From contig OZ253375.1 of the NCBI GenBank assembly GCA_965261005.1, positions 1,088,001 to 1,152,000 of the forward strand: a DNA stretch of 64,000 nt, in the 5' to 3' direction. Position numbers and translations under genes: made by a program. Every line of letters starts with the position of its first letter. The stretch's first letter is position 1. Origin of the DNA: Deinococcus sp. GTDB taxonomy: Bacteria > Deinococcota > Deinococci > Deinococcales > Deinococcaceae. Shown in pieces: positions 31,343 to 43,643 of this stretch. The notes under the pieces are model-generated. The model ran no database searches. It was not told the origin of the DNA and saw nothing but the letters and a program-made list of their open reading frames with translations.

Positions 31343-33711
31343 GATATTTCCAGTTGTCTGGGGAGGGGTGAAGCAGAAGGTCTTGGAGGGTGTCGAGGCC
31401 GAGGCGGAAGACGCTGACTTGGGCGTAGCCGTGGGCTTTGCGCTTGATCTTATGCTGAGCCGCTTGGAATTCACCCGTGAGGCAGGCCCAGACAAAAGCG
31501 AGCGACACGACCACCAGCAGCGTGGAGACGCGCTCAGCCCGAGTGAGGCCAGTGTCTTCGAGGTTGAAGCCTCTGGTTTTGAGCGCGGCGTGCAGGTTCT
31601 CGCACTGCCATCTCAGCGCGTAGCGGCGTAGGTTCTGGCCGGACCAGCCCTTGTACGCCAAGTACGTGGCAAGACGGAGCAGGACGGCCTGCTCCTCGAC
31701 TTGATGGATACGACGTGTCTCTACAACCTTGGTAGAGCATCTCGCCGGCAGCGTTCTTGGTCGCCAGCACGCGTAGCTTGACGCCGTAGACGGTGACGGC
31801 CTTGTGCCAGAAGCGCACCTCACCGACATGGAGCTTGCGAAAGCAGGCCCAGACGGGGATGCCGTTCATCTTCGAGTTGGCGCGCAGTCGGATACAGGGG
31901 GCGATCTGGTGCTGAGCGAGAAAAGAGAACCACGTCTTTCCGACGAACTCGCGGTCGGCCAGCAGTCCGGAGACGCGCCGATTACCAGCAACAGCCAGAA
32001 CACGGGAAAGCAACTGCTGACGGTCGCGCTGGGCGCTGGCACCGCCATGTGGGAGCAGGGTCCACATCAGCGGGAAGCTGAACGACTTCCAAGTGGCGCT
32101 GAGCAGCAGGACGTTCACGTCGCTTTTGCCGAGCTTCCAATTGGTGCGGTCCAAGATCAGCCACAGATCGCCAGGGGGAAGCAGCTTCAACACAAAGCGA
32201 GTAAAGAGGCCGTCTGGAACGACGAACTGGACAAAGCGCAGCAGACGCTGGTAACGCATCTCGCGGCTACCGGGAACTGGACATGGTTCTTGAGGCTGTA
32301 GAGCACCACGCTACGCGCTTGCAGCACGGCCAGCACCAAGGCTGCCAGCACACAGAGACGGCGGGCGTCCAGAGGAAAGGCGGACTGAAGCGCGGCTTGC
32401 AGGGTATCGTGGGGTGGTCGGCTCCTGGTGTTCTTCATTCCAGAAAACATCGTACTGGAGCCGGCTTCCTGCTGTCTCCATCAGTTTTGAGGGGTAGTCA
32501 GCTAGAACCCCCCGCCCTATTTTGTAAACTAATCCACGCCAATCGAAACGTTGTTAGCCTTTAATTTATCCTTCCAAAAGTTATACTCGTTTTTCTCCAT
32601 GGCTAAAGTTGCTTTGCCAAGAGATCGATTATTATTACAAACCGTACCATTTATACCACAGCTCGGAAGCCACATGGGATTGTTAAATGAACTTCCGTCA
32701 CTCTTAACCTTCGTCCACATTATGACGTTATTGCTCATTTCATTTCTGCCAAAGGTTGGTGGCGACAGCTTGGCCGCACCATTGATATCCCAAACGTAGA
32801 TACCTACATTTTGCGCGGGAATAGGCTTACCGTTTGGCAAGAGCCCACTTGAGACAACTCTATTATTGTAAATCTTGTGATTAACACCACCGCTAATTGC
32901 GAGACCTTGATTGGTGGTGCTAACAATTTGATTGTTATAGACATTGGCATTCGAACCATTATTCGAAGATGGTCCGTCGCCAAGCAGAATACCTCCTCCA
33001 GCATAAGAAATATCACTTTCAGGATTGGGGCTATAGCCACCCTGAATATAGTTGTCATGGATTTTTATTGGACTGCCAGAGGTGCCACTCGTTCCATACA
33101 TAATTATATTTTCTTCTGTAAAGCTTTTGCCCGGCTCATTTACTATCTCATTCCAAGCAATCTCAAGATTCGGAAGGCTCTTCAAAGTATTAAAAATTAT
33201 CGCATGAGCGAAGCTGCTTCTTTTAGTCAAACCGTTGCCATCGCTAATACGTCCGTCTATGTTTTTAAATTGGTTTCGCAAGATTTTTACTGTTTCACCT
33301 GCCGAAGGGTCTCCAGTAAAGAGATTCAGATATATCCCGTGTGTACTTTCAATATAGTTGTTTTCAGCGACAAGATTTTTAATCTGTTCCAAGTGTAGAA
33401 AGTCGCCAAAAGTTTTCCCAGCGACGTTAGGGTTCAGACCATAGCCTGTGGTATTGCGAATGGTCAGGCGGTTATTAAAACCCTTGACCAAGTGCCCTTT
33501 GCCGCGAATACTCGAGTTCTCAATGACAACCGGGTCGCTGGTTCGAATGTCAACGGCGGGCACGTTCGGATCAAGGCTTTGCCAATTGCCCGAGTACGTT
33601 CCACCCTTGGTGATAACCAGAGGACCGCCGTACTGAATATTGCCAGGCTTGGGCGCGGGCTGAGGTGTAGGCGCAGGTACGGGCGGAACGGTGCCCGCCG
33701 TAAGGCAGGTG

Positions 33712-35188
33712 GTATGTGATTAGCGGGTGTTTTGTTGCTGTCGGTGGTCAAGCAGGGTTTGGAAGGGATCGAGTCCAGCGAGGCGGGCCGTTTGCGTAAT
33801 GGACTTGAAGATGGCGAACGCCTCGCTGCCCCCGAAGGACTTGCTGCACTGCGACACCTTGCGCGCGATCACCGCCGGTCGAAGTGCCCGCTCCGCCGCG
33901 TTGTTGGTCGGCGGTACGTTCGGGTCCATCAGAAAGCGCAGCAGATTCTCCCGCTGGTGATGCTTGCGGATGCCGCGCACCAGCCGTTTGTTTTCTCGTG
34001 AACGACACGAGGCGAACAGGCGCTTCTCGATCTTCAAACGCAGCGCCTCTCCACGCTGACGGTACTTGTCGAGCGTGCAGTCTCCCTGTTGGAAGCGCGC
34101 GTGCAACATCAAAGCCGCCCGGAAGTCTTCGAGCAAGCTCCGCGCAAAGTCCCGTCCCCGTCCTCGCTTGCCGTGCTGGTCCTCTAGCGCCGCTTCACAC
34201 GAGCGGATGACATGGTGAATGCACTTCTGCTGTGCTACGTCTTTGAAGCTGGCGTGGTCGTAGCTGCTAAAGCGGTCCACGCACAACACGCCCGCGTAGT
34301 TCTGCGGCACCACCTCCTGCACCTCGGCGTGGGTGTGCCGCGCGCGAATTTGGTACACCACCGAGACCGGTGTGCGGAACACCTGGAGCCAGGCTTGTTC
34401 CCCGTGCACCCGCCAGCCCGTGTCGTCCTGATGGACCAAGGGCTGCCGTTGCACGTCATCGCGCAACTGCCGGTACTCGCCTGACAGCGCGCTGCCCTCT
34501 TGGCTTTGTCGCAACGCGTCTTGCGTCAGCGCCCCCTGCGTCACCCTCAGCCCGCTGGTGAGGCGCAGCACCTCAGGAACTTTCCGAACCGGTACACCGA
34601 GATCATAGTGCAGCGCGTGAGCAAGGCTCAGCACCTCCGGACCCAGACGGTGGGCGGTGGCCCCTCGTTGATCCTCACGCACGTCCGGGTGCGTCGCTCG
34701 CACGCGGCGACCACAGTGCCGACACTGCCCCACGGCGAGGTGGTAGGCCGTCACTTGGGGACGGCGCTCCGGGAGGTCCGTGACAGTGGCGAGGTCGGTG
34801 TGGCTCGCGTCGAGCGCCCCACCGCACCGACACTGAGCGGGCAGGAGAACATCCACGACACGGGTGATGTCCTCGTTCTCAGGTGGCGCGCGGAAGGTGA
34901 ACGCGCCCTGCCCCGCGCGGCGTCCACTCGGCTGAGGGTTCGCCTTGGGGGTGCCTCGGCTGAAGGGGGCGACATGCTTCTTCTGGCGACGCTCCAACTC
35001 TTCGATCCGCTTCCTGAGCCGAGCGTTTTCTTCGTGCAGTTGTCTATTTTCGGCTTCGAGGCGTTCGATGCGAGCGGTGAGGGTACGCACCAACTCCAGG
35101 AGTTCGGTCACGCTGGGGGTCGCCTCGCCGCTCATCCCGCTTACCCTACAAGACACTCTCTCTCCCTACCACCTCGCTAATCAAATAC
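33712..35188 (-). mobile_element. Single-ORF IS66-family element, copy 2
   Basis: 1477 bp, same protein as copy 1; 8-bp duplication GGCAGGTG at 33704-11 and 35189-96. Confidence 0.93.
33720..35156 (-). CDS. IS66-family transposase
   Basis: Translation identical to 29898..31334. Confidence 0.93.
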   Translation of the reverse strand: MSCRVSGMSGEATPSVTELLELVRTLTARIERLEAENRQLHEENARLRKRIEELERRQKKHVAPFSRGTPKANPQPSGRRAGQGAFTFRAPPENEDITRVVDVLLPAQCRCGGALDASHTDLATVTDLPERRPQVTAYHLAVGQCRHCGRRVRATHPDVREDQRGATAHRLGPEVLSLAHALHYDLGVPVRKVPEVLRLTSGLRVTQGALTQDALRQSQEGSALSGEYRQLRDDVQRQPLVHQDDTGWRVHGEQAWLQVFRTPVSVVYQIRARHTHAEVQEVVPQNYAGVLCVDRFSSYDHASFKDVAQQKCIHHVIRSCEAALEDQHGKRGRGRDFARSLLEDFRAALMLHARFQQGDCTLDKYRQRGEALRLKIEKRLFASCRSRENKRLVRGIRKHHQRENLLRFLMDPNVPPTNNAAERALRPAVIARKVSQCSKSFGGSEAFAIFKSITQTARLAGLDPFQTLLDHRQQQNTR

Positions 35189-36272
35189 GGCAGGTGTTGA
35201 TCATCACGGCGGCCCAGTCAGCGTGGTCATAGTCCAGGCCGTCGCCGGCGTCCGTCACCACCAGCCTCAGCTCCCTCTTGCCCGCGATGCTGACATTTAC
35301 GCGCTTGGCGCCGTCCGCACCCCGCATCACGCCGCTATCGAACAGCTTCTGACCGTCGGCGTACACCTGAAAGACCACGCTGCCGCGGTTGCCCACCTCG
35401 TCGTCTATGCCGACGTCGGAGATAAACGTGGTGCATTTGGCGCCCACGTTGAAGGTGAGGCTGGAATTCGAGTGTACGCCGAGACCCTTGGCGTACTGCT
35501 TGCCCCCGATGGTCAGCTTGTGGCCGTCTTTGGCTCCCATCTCGCCGTTGCTCATGTCACGCTCGGCGGGTCCCCAACCGCTGGTCGCGGCCGTCCAAGG
35601 CTCGTTGCTCAGGTTATTGTCACCGGGATCAATGGAGAGCGCGGCGAGGCTGCCGGCGGTATTGTCCGTCCAGGAGTGATCCTGACCATCGTAGACGTAG
35701 TCGGTGACCTCGGTGGATGTGGTGGCCTTCGGCGTGGTTGGACTGGAGCAAGCGGCAAGACTCAGCGTCAAGGCGACAAGTCCGAACGGCATAACCAAAA
35801 CACGGGGGCGACGAGCGAAGGTGGTCAAGAGGATTCTCCTTGGAATACAGCCGCTAGGCCGACAGAATTAAAGAAACGAACCGAATGTTCTGAAAAGCCC
35901 TTTCATCAGTCTTTCTTTAGTTCTTGATCTACCGCCCAACCAGCATACACAAGCTTTGATTTCTTGGAGGTTTTTTTGCTGCTCCAAAGTTTTCTCGCTT
36001 GGCACTGCTGCACCTTAACCAGACGCAATTAGAGGACTCTGTACAAATCAGCTTTTAAACCCGGCAGAAGCCAAGGACAAACGTAAAAAAAGGTCGTAAA
36101 TGCCGTATGAAAGCGTAAAAATATAATTCTAAAAATGAGCATAAATTAATATTTAGTTAAACTTCATTGACATCACGTCAATGAAAACTTGACAAACGCT
36201 TAAAAACGTTGATTAGGCACGCTTTCGCGAGACGGCATCAACGGCCCCAGGAAAGCCGCCACGAACGCCAAT

Positions 36273-36307
36273 TGAAAGCGCCAGACGGATCACTGACCGT
36301 CTGGCGC
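36273..36307 (-). terminator. Terminator of the tRNA operon
   Basis: 11-bp stem GCGCCAGACGG/CCGTCTGGCGC followed by TTTCA on the minus strand. Confidence 0.75.
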
Positions 36308-36310
36308 GCT

Positions 36311-36385
36311 TGGTGGGCGGTATAGGATTTGAACCTACGACCTCTCGCGTGTGAAGCGAATGCTCTACCGCTGAGCTAACCGCCC
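36311..36385 (-). tRNA. tRNA-Val (CAC)
   Basis: GGGCGGTTAGCTCAGCGGTAGAGC...TTCACAC...GGTTCAAATCC...CCGCCCACCA cloverleaf. Confidence 0.97.
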
Positions 36386-36402
36386 AAAATATTGGTGTGC
36401 CT

Positions 36403-36478
36403 TGGTGGGCCCTACAGGACTTGAACCTGTAACCAATCGGTTATGAGCCGACTGCTCTAACCATTGAGCTAAGAGCCC
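36403..36478 (-). tRNA. tRNA with CAT anticodon, most likely Ile2 (lysidine)
   Basis: GGGCTCTTAGCTCAATGGTTAGAGCAGTCGGCTCATAACCGA...CCA; no initiator features; body resembles Ile2. Confidence 0.9.
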
Positions 36479-36512
36479 CCGCTCAAGGCTCCCGAGCCGC
36501 GCGGCGAAAGGG

Positions 36513-36541
36513 ACTATAGCAAGCCGAAAAACGCTTGTCAA
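36513..36541 (-). promoter_or_regulatory. SigmaA promoter of the tRNA pair
   Basis: TTGACA-N17-TATAGT. Confidence 0.85.
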
Positions 36542-36554
36542 ACCAGAGATTTCC

Positions 36555-37226
36555 TCACTCGGCGGCGCGGCGGCGGCGACCCCAAAAGGTTAGCAGTTCC
36601 AAGTACATCTTGGAGCGGTGGCGCAGCCCGCGCCAAAAGCCGCGCTTTTCCTCTTTCATCACCTGCGACAGCTTGGGCAGCGCGACGTAGTCCCAACGCA
36701 CCCCCTGCTCTTTCAAGGCGTGCGTGATGGCAGGTTCCGGCCAGCGCTCCTCACCGAGGCGCGGCACCGCGAGCAGCCAAGCGCGCCGCGCGGCGCGCTG
36801 CCCGCTCAGATTCGGCGTCATACGGTTGCCGAAGTCGGTCATAAAGCCGCCCTCACTGAACACGCCGATGGCCATGTCGAGCTTGTCACGCCACACCGGC
36901 TCCAGCAGCGCCCGCAGGTGCGCCAGCGTCAGGCCGACCAAGTCAGCGTCCAGCATCACCACGTACTCCGCTTGGGTGGCGAGCAGACCGGCGCGCAAAG
37001 CCGGCCCTTTGCCGGCCTCTTGCCGCTCCAACACCCGCGCGCCGGCCCCACGGGCACACTCGGCAGTTCGGTCGCTGGAACCGTTGGACACCACGATCAC
37101 GTCCGGCGTGAGGCGGAGCGCGGTCGCCACCACCTCCGCGACGGTGTCCTCCTCGTTGTAGGCCGGCACGATAACGGCCACGCTGGGCGTCTCGCCCGCG
37201 GTTTCAAGGGAACTGCCCTGCCTCAC
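36555..37226 (-). CDS. Glycosyltransferase family 2
   Basis: VIVPAYNEE, GS.D.T, GKG.A, LDADL; start moved to GTG 37226, 7 nt after TAGAAT (leaderless). Confidence 0.85.
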   Translation of the reverse strand: MRQGSSLETAGETPSVAVIVPAYNEEDTVAEVVATALRLTPDVIVVSNGSSDRTAECARGAGARVLERQEAGKGPALRAGLLATQAEYVVMLDADLVGLTLAHLRALLEPVWRDKLDMAIGVFSEGGFMTDFGNRMTPNLSGQRAARRAWLLAVPRLGEERWPEPAITHALKEQGVRWDYVALPKLSQVMKEEKRGFWRGLRHRSKMYLELLTFWGRRRRAAE

Positions 37227-37271
37227 AGCGCACATTCTAGCCGATTCGCCTCACCTTTCAATCAGCAACAA

Positions 37272-38369
37272 TCAGAAAAGGGTGACCACGTCGCGCAGCA
37301 CCACAAAGGCCATCAACAACATGACCAGCGCGAGGCCGGCAAAGTTAATCAGACCCTCCTGCTCGAAGGAAAGCGGACGCCGCAACACGCGCTGCACCAG
37401 CACCAAGAGGATTCGCCCGCCGTCAAGGCCCGGAATGGGCACCAAGTTGAACAGGGCCAGGCTGAGGTTGATCGTGGCCGCGATGCCGACCACGCTCCAA
37501 AAGCCCGCCCTCGCCGCCTGACCGACGATGTTGACCGTGCCCACCGGGCCGACCACGCCTTCCTCGGGCTGCAAGTTGAGGGTGAAGAAGCGCTGAAACA
37601 AACCGCCGAAGGCGGACAGCGCCCGCGGCACCACGGTCACGCTGGTGGTCACAGCGGCGGCGACGGCGCCGCCCAGGCCCACACGGTCAATTCGGCGGTC
37701 CTCGCCGTAAAAGATGCCCAGCTGACGCTTGTTGCCATTCTCACGCGCCTGCCAGTCGAAGCTCAGCGTGAGACGCCGTCCTCCCCGCTCAACGATGAAG
37801 CTCTTCGGGCCGTCGGTGGCCAGGGCGTCTTGCACCTTGAGGTAACCGGGGCGCGCCTGGTCATTCACTTGATAGGTCGTGGGCAGCGGCTGGCCATCGA
37901 TCGCGACGATAACGTCGCCGGCGCGCAGGTCGAGCTGTTGCGCCCGCGAGCCCGCGATAACCTGGCTCACCTGCGCCCGACCCGGCAGCGGCGTCGCGAC
38001 GCCCTGGGCCGCGAAGTTGGCCGACAGCAGCGCCACCGCCAACACCCAGTTGAACACCGGGCCGGCCAACAAAATGGCCACTTTGCCGTGGGTGCCCAAG
38101 CTGGCGAAGCCGCGCGTCGGGGGCGCGACGCGGCCCTGCGCGTCCGGCTGCGGCGCCATGCCGTCGATGTCCACATAGCCGCCGATGGGCAGCGCGCTCA
38201 GGCGCCACTCGGTGCCGCGCGCCCGAAAGCGGGCCAGCACCGGCCCCATGCCGACGGAGAATGACTTCACGCTCACGCCCTGCGCCCGCGCCAGCCAGTA
38301 GTGGCCCAGTTCATGCCACACGGTCGCCACAATCAGAATCAACAGCCACAACAAAATGCTCACGGTCAC
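37272..38369 (-). CDS. rseP: RseP-like M50 intramembrane metalloprotease
   Basis: HELGH, PIGGYV, AGP..N, PDZ region, NLVPIPGLDGG; next to dxr. Confidence 0.93.
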   Translation of the reverse strand: MTVSILLWLLILIVATVWHELGHYWLARAQGVSVKSFSVGMGPVLARFRARGTEWRLSALPIGGYVDIDGMAPQPDAQGRVAPPTRGFASLGTHGKVAILLAGPVFNWVLAVALLSANFAAQGVATPLPGRAQVSQVIAGSRAQQLDLRAGDVIVAIDGQPLPTTYQVNDQARPGYLKVQDALATDGPKSFIVERGGRRLTLSFDWQARENGNKRQLGIFYGEDRRIDRVGLGGAVAAAVTTSVTVVPRALSAFGGLFQRFFTLNLQPEEGVVGPVGTVNIVGQAARAGFWSVVGIAATINLSLALFNLVPIPGLDGGRILLVLVQRVLRRPLSFEQEGLINFAGLALVMLLMAFVVLRDVVTLF

Positions 38370-38406
38370 GCCCCTTTGGTGCGAAGAGTCGAGGTTTGAA
38401 AACGGG

Positions 38407-39582
38407 TCATGTGGGCGCCGCCGAAGACAGCAGCTCGCCGGCCCGCGCCCGCGCCCAAGCGTCGGCGGCGAAGAGGGCGTCCCAGGTCAGCTCCTCGGTT
38501 GGGGTCTTCTCCAGCACCGAGCCGATCACGCGGGCGATGTCCGGGTAAGAAACCCGGCCCGCCAGAAAGGCGTCCACCGCCACCTCGTCGGCGGCGTTCA
38601 GGACCGTGGGGGCGACGCCGCCCAACTCGCCGGCCCGGTAAGCCAGGCCCAAGCACGGGAAACGCCCAAAGTCCGGCGCGAAGAATTCCAGCGTGCCGGT
38701 CAGGTCGAAGGCGGGGCCGGTCCAGCGCTCGCGCGGCCCTGCGCGCACGTCACCCGCTGTTCGCATCCCCTCTGGCGCCGCACCGATGGCGTAAGCGATG
38801 GGCAAGCGCATGTCGGAGGCGCTGAGGTGCGCCTTGAGGTTGCCGTCCACAAAGCGGATCAAGCCGTGAACCACGCTTTGCGGGTGGACCAGCACCTTGA
38901 CCTTGTCCAGGCTCAGGCCGTACAAGGCGGACGCCTCCAGTACCTCCAGCCCCTTGTTCATCAGCGTGCTGGAGTCCAGCGTGATCTTCCTGCCCATGTT
39001 CCAGGTGGGGTGGGCCAGGGCCTGCTGGGGGGTCACCCCGGACAAGTCCGCCGGCCCCACCCGGAACGGGCCGCCCGAGGCGGTCAGGATCAGCTCGTCC
39101 ACATCCGAGAGCTGTTCGCCCAACAGCAATTGGTAGAGCGCTGTGTGCTCGCTGTCCACCGGCACCAGGCGCCCGCCGCCCCGCTTCGCCGCCGCCCAAA
39201 TCAAATGTGAGGCGGCCACCATCGCCTCCTTGGTCGCCAGCGCCACCGCGCGCCCCGCCTCCAGCGCCGCGCGCACGGGGGGCAGGCCCGCGAGGCCCGG
39301 AACGGCGGCTATGACCACGTCGGCCGGATAAGTGGCCACCTCGCAGGGGTCGGCGACGACCCGTACCCCCGGCAGGCGCGAGCGGGCCTCGGCCAACTGC
39401 CCCCCCGCCACGCTGACCAGTTCGGGTTGAAACTCGCGCGCCTGCACCTCCAGCAGGTCCAGCTTCTGTCCGGCCGCGAGGGCCACGACCCTGAGGCCGC
39501 GTGAGCGCGCCACGTCCAGCGTTTGGGTGCCGATGGAGCCGGTCGAGCCGACCACCGCAATTCGCGTCACCGAGGCTTGCAT
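38407..39582 (-). CDS. dxr: 1-deoxy-D-xylulose 5-phosphate reductoisomerase
   Basis: [34 protein letters not shown]. Confidence 0.97.
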   Translation of the reverse strand: MQASVTRIAVVGSTGSIGTQTLDVARSRGLRVVALAAGQKLDLLEVQAREFQPELVSVAGGQLAEARSRLPGVRVVADPCEVATYPADVVIAAVPGLAGLPPVRAALEAGRAVALATKEAMVAASHLIWAAAKRGGGRLVPVDSEHTALYQLLLGEQLSDVDELILTASGGPFRVGPADLSGVTPQQALAHPTWNMGRKITLDSSTLMNKGLEVLEASALYGLSLDKVKVLVHPQSVVHGLIRFVDGNLKAHLSASDMRLPIAYAIGAAPEGMRTAGDVRAGPRERWTGPAFDLTGTLEFFAPDFGRFPCLGLAYRAGELGGVAPTVLNAADEVAVDAFLAGRVSYPDIARVIGSVLEKTPTEELTWDALFAADAWARARAGELLSSAAPT

Positions 39583-39639
39583 TCCCGCCAATCTGACGCA
39601 TAGGGGCGGGCGCGGCAAGCGTGGAAGTTACTTTGATTC

Positions 39640-40479
39640 TCAGATCAAGCCCACCACCGTCAGAAACAGGTAGGTGATGGGCACCGCGAACAGCAGCGAG
39701 TCCAGGCGGTCGAGCAGACCGCCGTGGCCGGGCAACGAGTTGCCCGAGTCCTTGGCGCGCAACGACCGCTTGATCAGGCTTTCGGTGAGATCGCCGAGTT
39801 GCGCGGCGCTCGACACCAGCAGCGAAAACAGCAGCGAGTCGTAGACGCTCCAGTCAAAGGCGTACAGCGCGACCACGCGGCTGGCCACGAACACCACCAC
39901 GAAGCTGAACAGCAAGCCGCCCACCGCGCCCTCCACCGTTTTGGCCGGCGAGACTTCTGGCGCCAGCTTGCGGCGGCCAAAAAAAGATCCGAAGAAAAAG
40001 CCGCCGATGTCGGTGGCAAAGGCCGCCAGCAACGGCAGAATCAGGTAGATCAGACCGCTGTCGGCGCTCGGCAAGTAGCGCAGCTTGAGAAAGTAGCCCA
40101 GCAGCCACGGAATGTAGAGCAGCCCGAAGACGCTGTACACCATGCGCTCCAGCGGCCTCTCCCCCGGCGAAGTCACCTCCAAAACCAGCATGTAGCCCAG
40201 CGCGAAGGTGAGCGCCACCTCGCGCCAAGACAGGCCCGCGAGGGGAACGCTGGTGTAGAAGGGGTATGAGGCCACGATCAGGGCGGCCCCGGCCACGTAG
40301 AGGCTTTTTCGGCGCACGTCCAGGTCTTGTCGCTCGCACATGTCGGCGTACTCGCGCAGCCCCAAGGTAGAAACCAGGAGCAGCGCCGGCAACAGCAGCG
40401 ATGTGCCGGCCCACAAAATCAGCAGCACGGCCGCGAAGCCGATCAGCGACGTGAGCACGCGAACCCGTAGCGTACTCAC
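39640..40479 (-). CDS. cdsA: Phosphatidate cytidylyltransferase
   Basis: SPAKTVEG, GDL.ES..KR....KDSG..LPGHGG.LDR.DS. Confidence 0.95.
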   Translation of the reverse strand: MSTLRVRVLTSLIGFAAVLLILWAGTSLLLPALLLVSTLGLREYADMCERQDLDVRRKSLYVAGAALIVASYPFYTSVPLAGLSWREVALTFALGYMLVLEVTSPGERPLERMVYSVFGLLYIPWLLGYFLKLRYLPSADSGLIYLILPLLAAFATDIGGFFFGSFFGRRKLAPEVSPAKTVEGAVGGLLFSFVVVFVASRVVALYAFDWSVYDSLLFSLLVSSAAQLGDLTESLIKRSLRAKDSGNSLPGHGGLLDRLDSLLFAVPITYLFLTVVGLI

Positions 40480-40519
40480 GTGGCGCGGTCCACCCGGGCG
40501 TGTGGCGAGCGGTCCACCC

Positions 40520-41071
40520 TTACCCGAGGATGTCTTGCTCCTTGCGCTCCAACACCTCGTCCACCCGCCTGACAAACTCGTCGGTGAGCTTCTGAACCTC
40601 GGCCTCGGCGCGCCGCAACTCGTCCTCGCCCACGGTCTTTTCCTGCTTCTTGAGGTCCTCCAGGGCGCCTTTGCGCACACCGCGCACCGCGATCTTGCTG
40701 TCCTCGGCGTAGCCGCGCGCCGTCTTGACCAGGTCCCTGCGCCGCTCCTCGGTCAGGGCCGGCAAGTTGATGAAGATGGTGTCGCCCTTGTTGTTGGGGT
40801 TGAGGCCGAGGTCGCTGTCGCGAATGGCCTTTTCGATGGGACCCAGCGCGCCGCGGTCCCACGGCGTGACGACCAGCGTGCGGGCGTCGGGCGTGCTCAC
40901 CGAGGCGACTTGGTCGAGCGGCATGCTGGCGCCGTAATACTCCACCTGAATCTTTTTCAGAATGCCGGGATTGGCTCGCCCGGTGCGCAGCACCGACAAG
41001 CTGCCTTCCAGCGCCTCGACGGCCTTTTGCATGCGCGCCCTGGTATCGTCGAACACCTCGTTCATGGTCAT
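40520..41071 (-). CDS. frr: Ribosome recycling factor
   Basis: RTGRA, YYG...L, LTEERR. Confidence 0.97.
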   Translation of the reverse strand: MTMNEVFDDTRARMQKAVEALEGSLSVLRTGRANPGILKKIQVEYYGASMPLDQVASVSTPDARTLVVTPWDRGALGPIEKAIRDSDLGLNPNNKGDTIFINLPALTEERRRDLVKTARGYAEDSKIAVRGVRKGALEDLKKQEKTVGEDELRRAEAEVQKLTDEFVRRVDEVLERKEQDILG

Positions 41072-41136
41072 TTCGGCCTCCTCCCGTCAACCCACATAGC
41101 CCACATAGTACGCGTCCCCAGAAATCAACCCGCGAA

Positions 41137-41856
<720 letters not shown>

Positions 41857-41874
41857 CTACTCTAGAAAGACGGC

Positions 41875-41902
41875 AAAAAAAGGGCGGCCATTGGCCGCCC
41901 TT
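41875..41902 (-). terminator. Intrinsic terminator after tsf
   Basis: GGGCGGCC-AAT-GGCCGCCC followed by T7 on the minus strand. Confidence 0.85.
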
Positions 41903-41914
41903 GCGCTCGCTCGC

Positions 41915-42727
<813 letters not shown>

Positions 42728-42785
42728 TGAAGCCTCCTGCCACAACAATGCTCTTGATTTGGGCCGGCCTTTCCTGTAGGCCAGC

Positions 42786-43643
42786 TCAGTACTCGGTGCT
42801 GGCCGGCGTTTCCTTCTGGCTCATCTGGCTCTCGACGTTGTCGCCGGTCGTCAATTGAACCGGCACGTCAATGGCCTCCCGAATCTGCTCGTCCTGCTCC
42901 TCTTGCAGCTCGTTCACTTGGGCCAGCTCCGGGTCGAGCGGCTCGCTGCTGACGTCCTCGCCGCCGCCGCGCGCCTCCACCAGAATGTCGCCGACGCGGT
43001 GGGTGATCAGCTGAATCGAGCGGATGGCGTCGTCGTTGCCGGGCACGATGTAGTCGATCAGGTCCGGGTCGGAGTCGGTGTCGGCCAAGGCGATAATCGG
43101 AATGCCCAATTTCTGAGCTTCCTGCACCGCGATGGCCTCTTTGGTCGGGTCCACGACGAAGAGGGCGTCCGGCAAGCGGCTCATCTTACGAATGCCGCCC
43201 ACGTAGCGCTGAAGCCGCTCGCGCTCGCTGCCCAGCACAATGCGCTCGGCCTTGGGACGCTCGCTAATGCGCTCGGACTCGAACAGCTCGTCGAGGTCGT
43301 TCAGGCGGTCAATGCGGGTTCGAATGGTGCGAAAGTTGGTCAGCATGCCGCCCAGCCAGCGCTGGGTCACGAAGGGCATGCCGCTGCGGCGCGCCTCCAA
43401 CTCGACAATCTCCTGGGCCTGCTTTTTGGTGCCGACGAACAAAATCACTCCACCGCGCTCGGCCGTCTGCTTGATGTAGTCGAAGCTGCGGTCGATCTGC
43501 TTGAGGGTCTTTTGCAAGTCAATGATGAAAATGCCGTTGCGCTCCGCAAAGATAAAGCGCTTGAACTTGGGGTTCCAGCGTTTGGTCTCGTGGCCGAAGT
43601 GAACGCCGGCCTCCAGAAGCTGCTTCATTCCGATGTACGACAT
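42786..43643 (-). CDS. rpsB: 30S ribosomal protein S2
   Basis: [28 protein letters not shown]. Confidence 0.98.
   Translation of the reverse strand: MSYIGMKQLLEAGVHFGHETKRWNPKFKRFIFAERNGIFIIDLQKTLKQIDRSFDYIKQTAERGGVILFVGTKKQAQEIVELEARRSGMPFVTQRWLGGMLTNFRTIRTRIDRLNDLDELFESERISERPKAERIVLGSERERLQRYVGGIRKMSRLPDALFVVDPTKEAIAVQEAQKLGIPIIALADTDSDPDLIDYIVPGNDDAIRSIQLITHRVGDILVEARGGGEDVSSEPLDPELAQVNELQEEQDEQIREAIDVPVQLTTGDNVESQMSQKETPASTEY

Larger units (their letters stand above)
29822..32501 (-). mobile_element. IS4-family element, decayed, with nested insertions
   Basis: 17-bp IRs CTGACTAC(T/C)CCTCAAAA; 9-bp target duplication CTAGAACCC at 29813-21 and 32502-10; transposase (32438 to 29826) broken in three places. 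Confidence 0.92.
32529..35828 (-). pseudogene. NPCBM-domain / parallel beta-helix lipoprotein split by IS66
   Basis: Removing the IS and one duplication joins 35828-35189 to 33703-32529 in frame (604 aa); LAAC lipobox, [20 protein letters not shown], Pro-rich linker, repeated I.NN.I turns. Confidence 0.88.

Noticed and set aside
36311..36330. tRNA-Val 3' end as an integration site for the EPS island
   Set aside because: Adjacency is suggestive, but I found no duplicated tRNA end and no integrase in the window, and the native terminator is in place
41091..41108. CCCACATAG twice between pyrH and frr
   Set aside because: Too short and isolated to support a function
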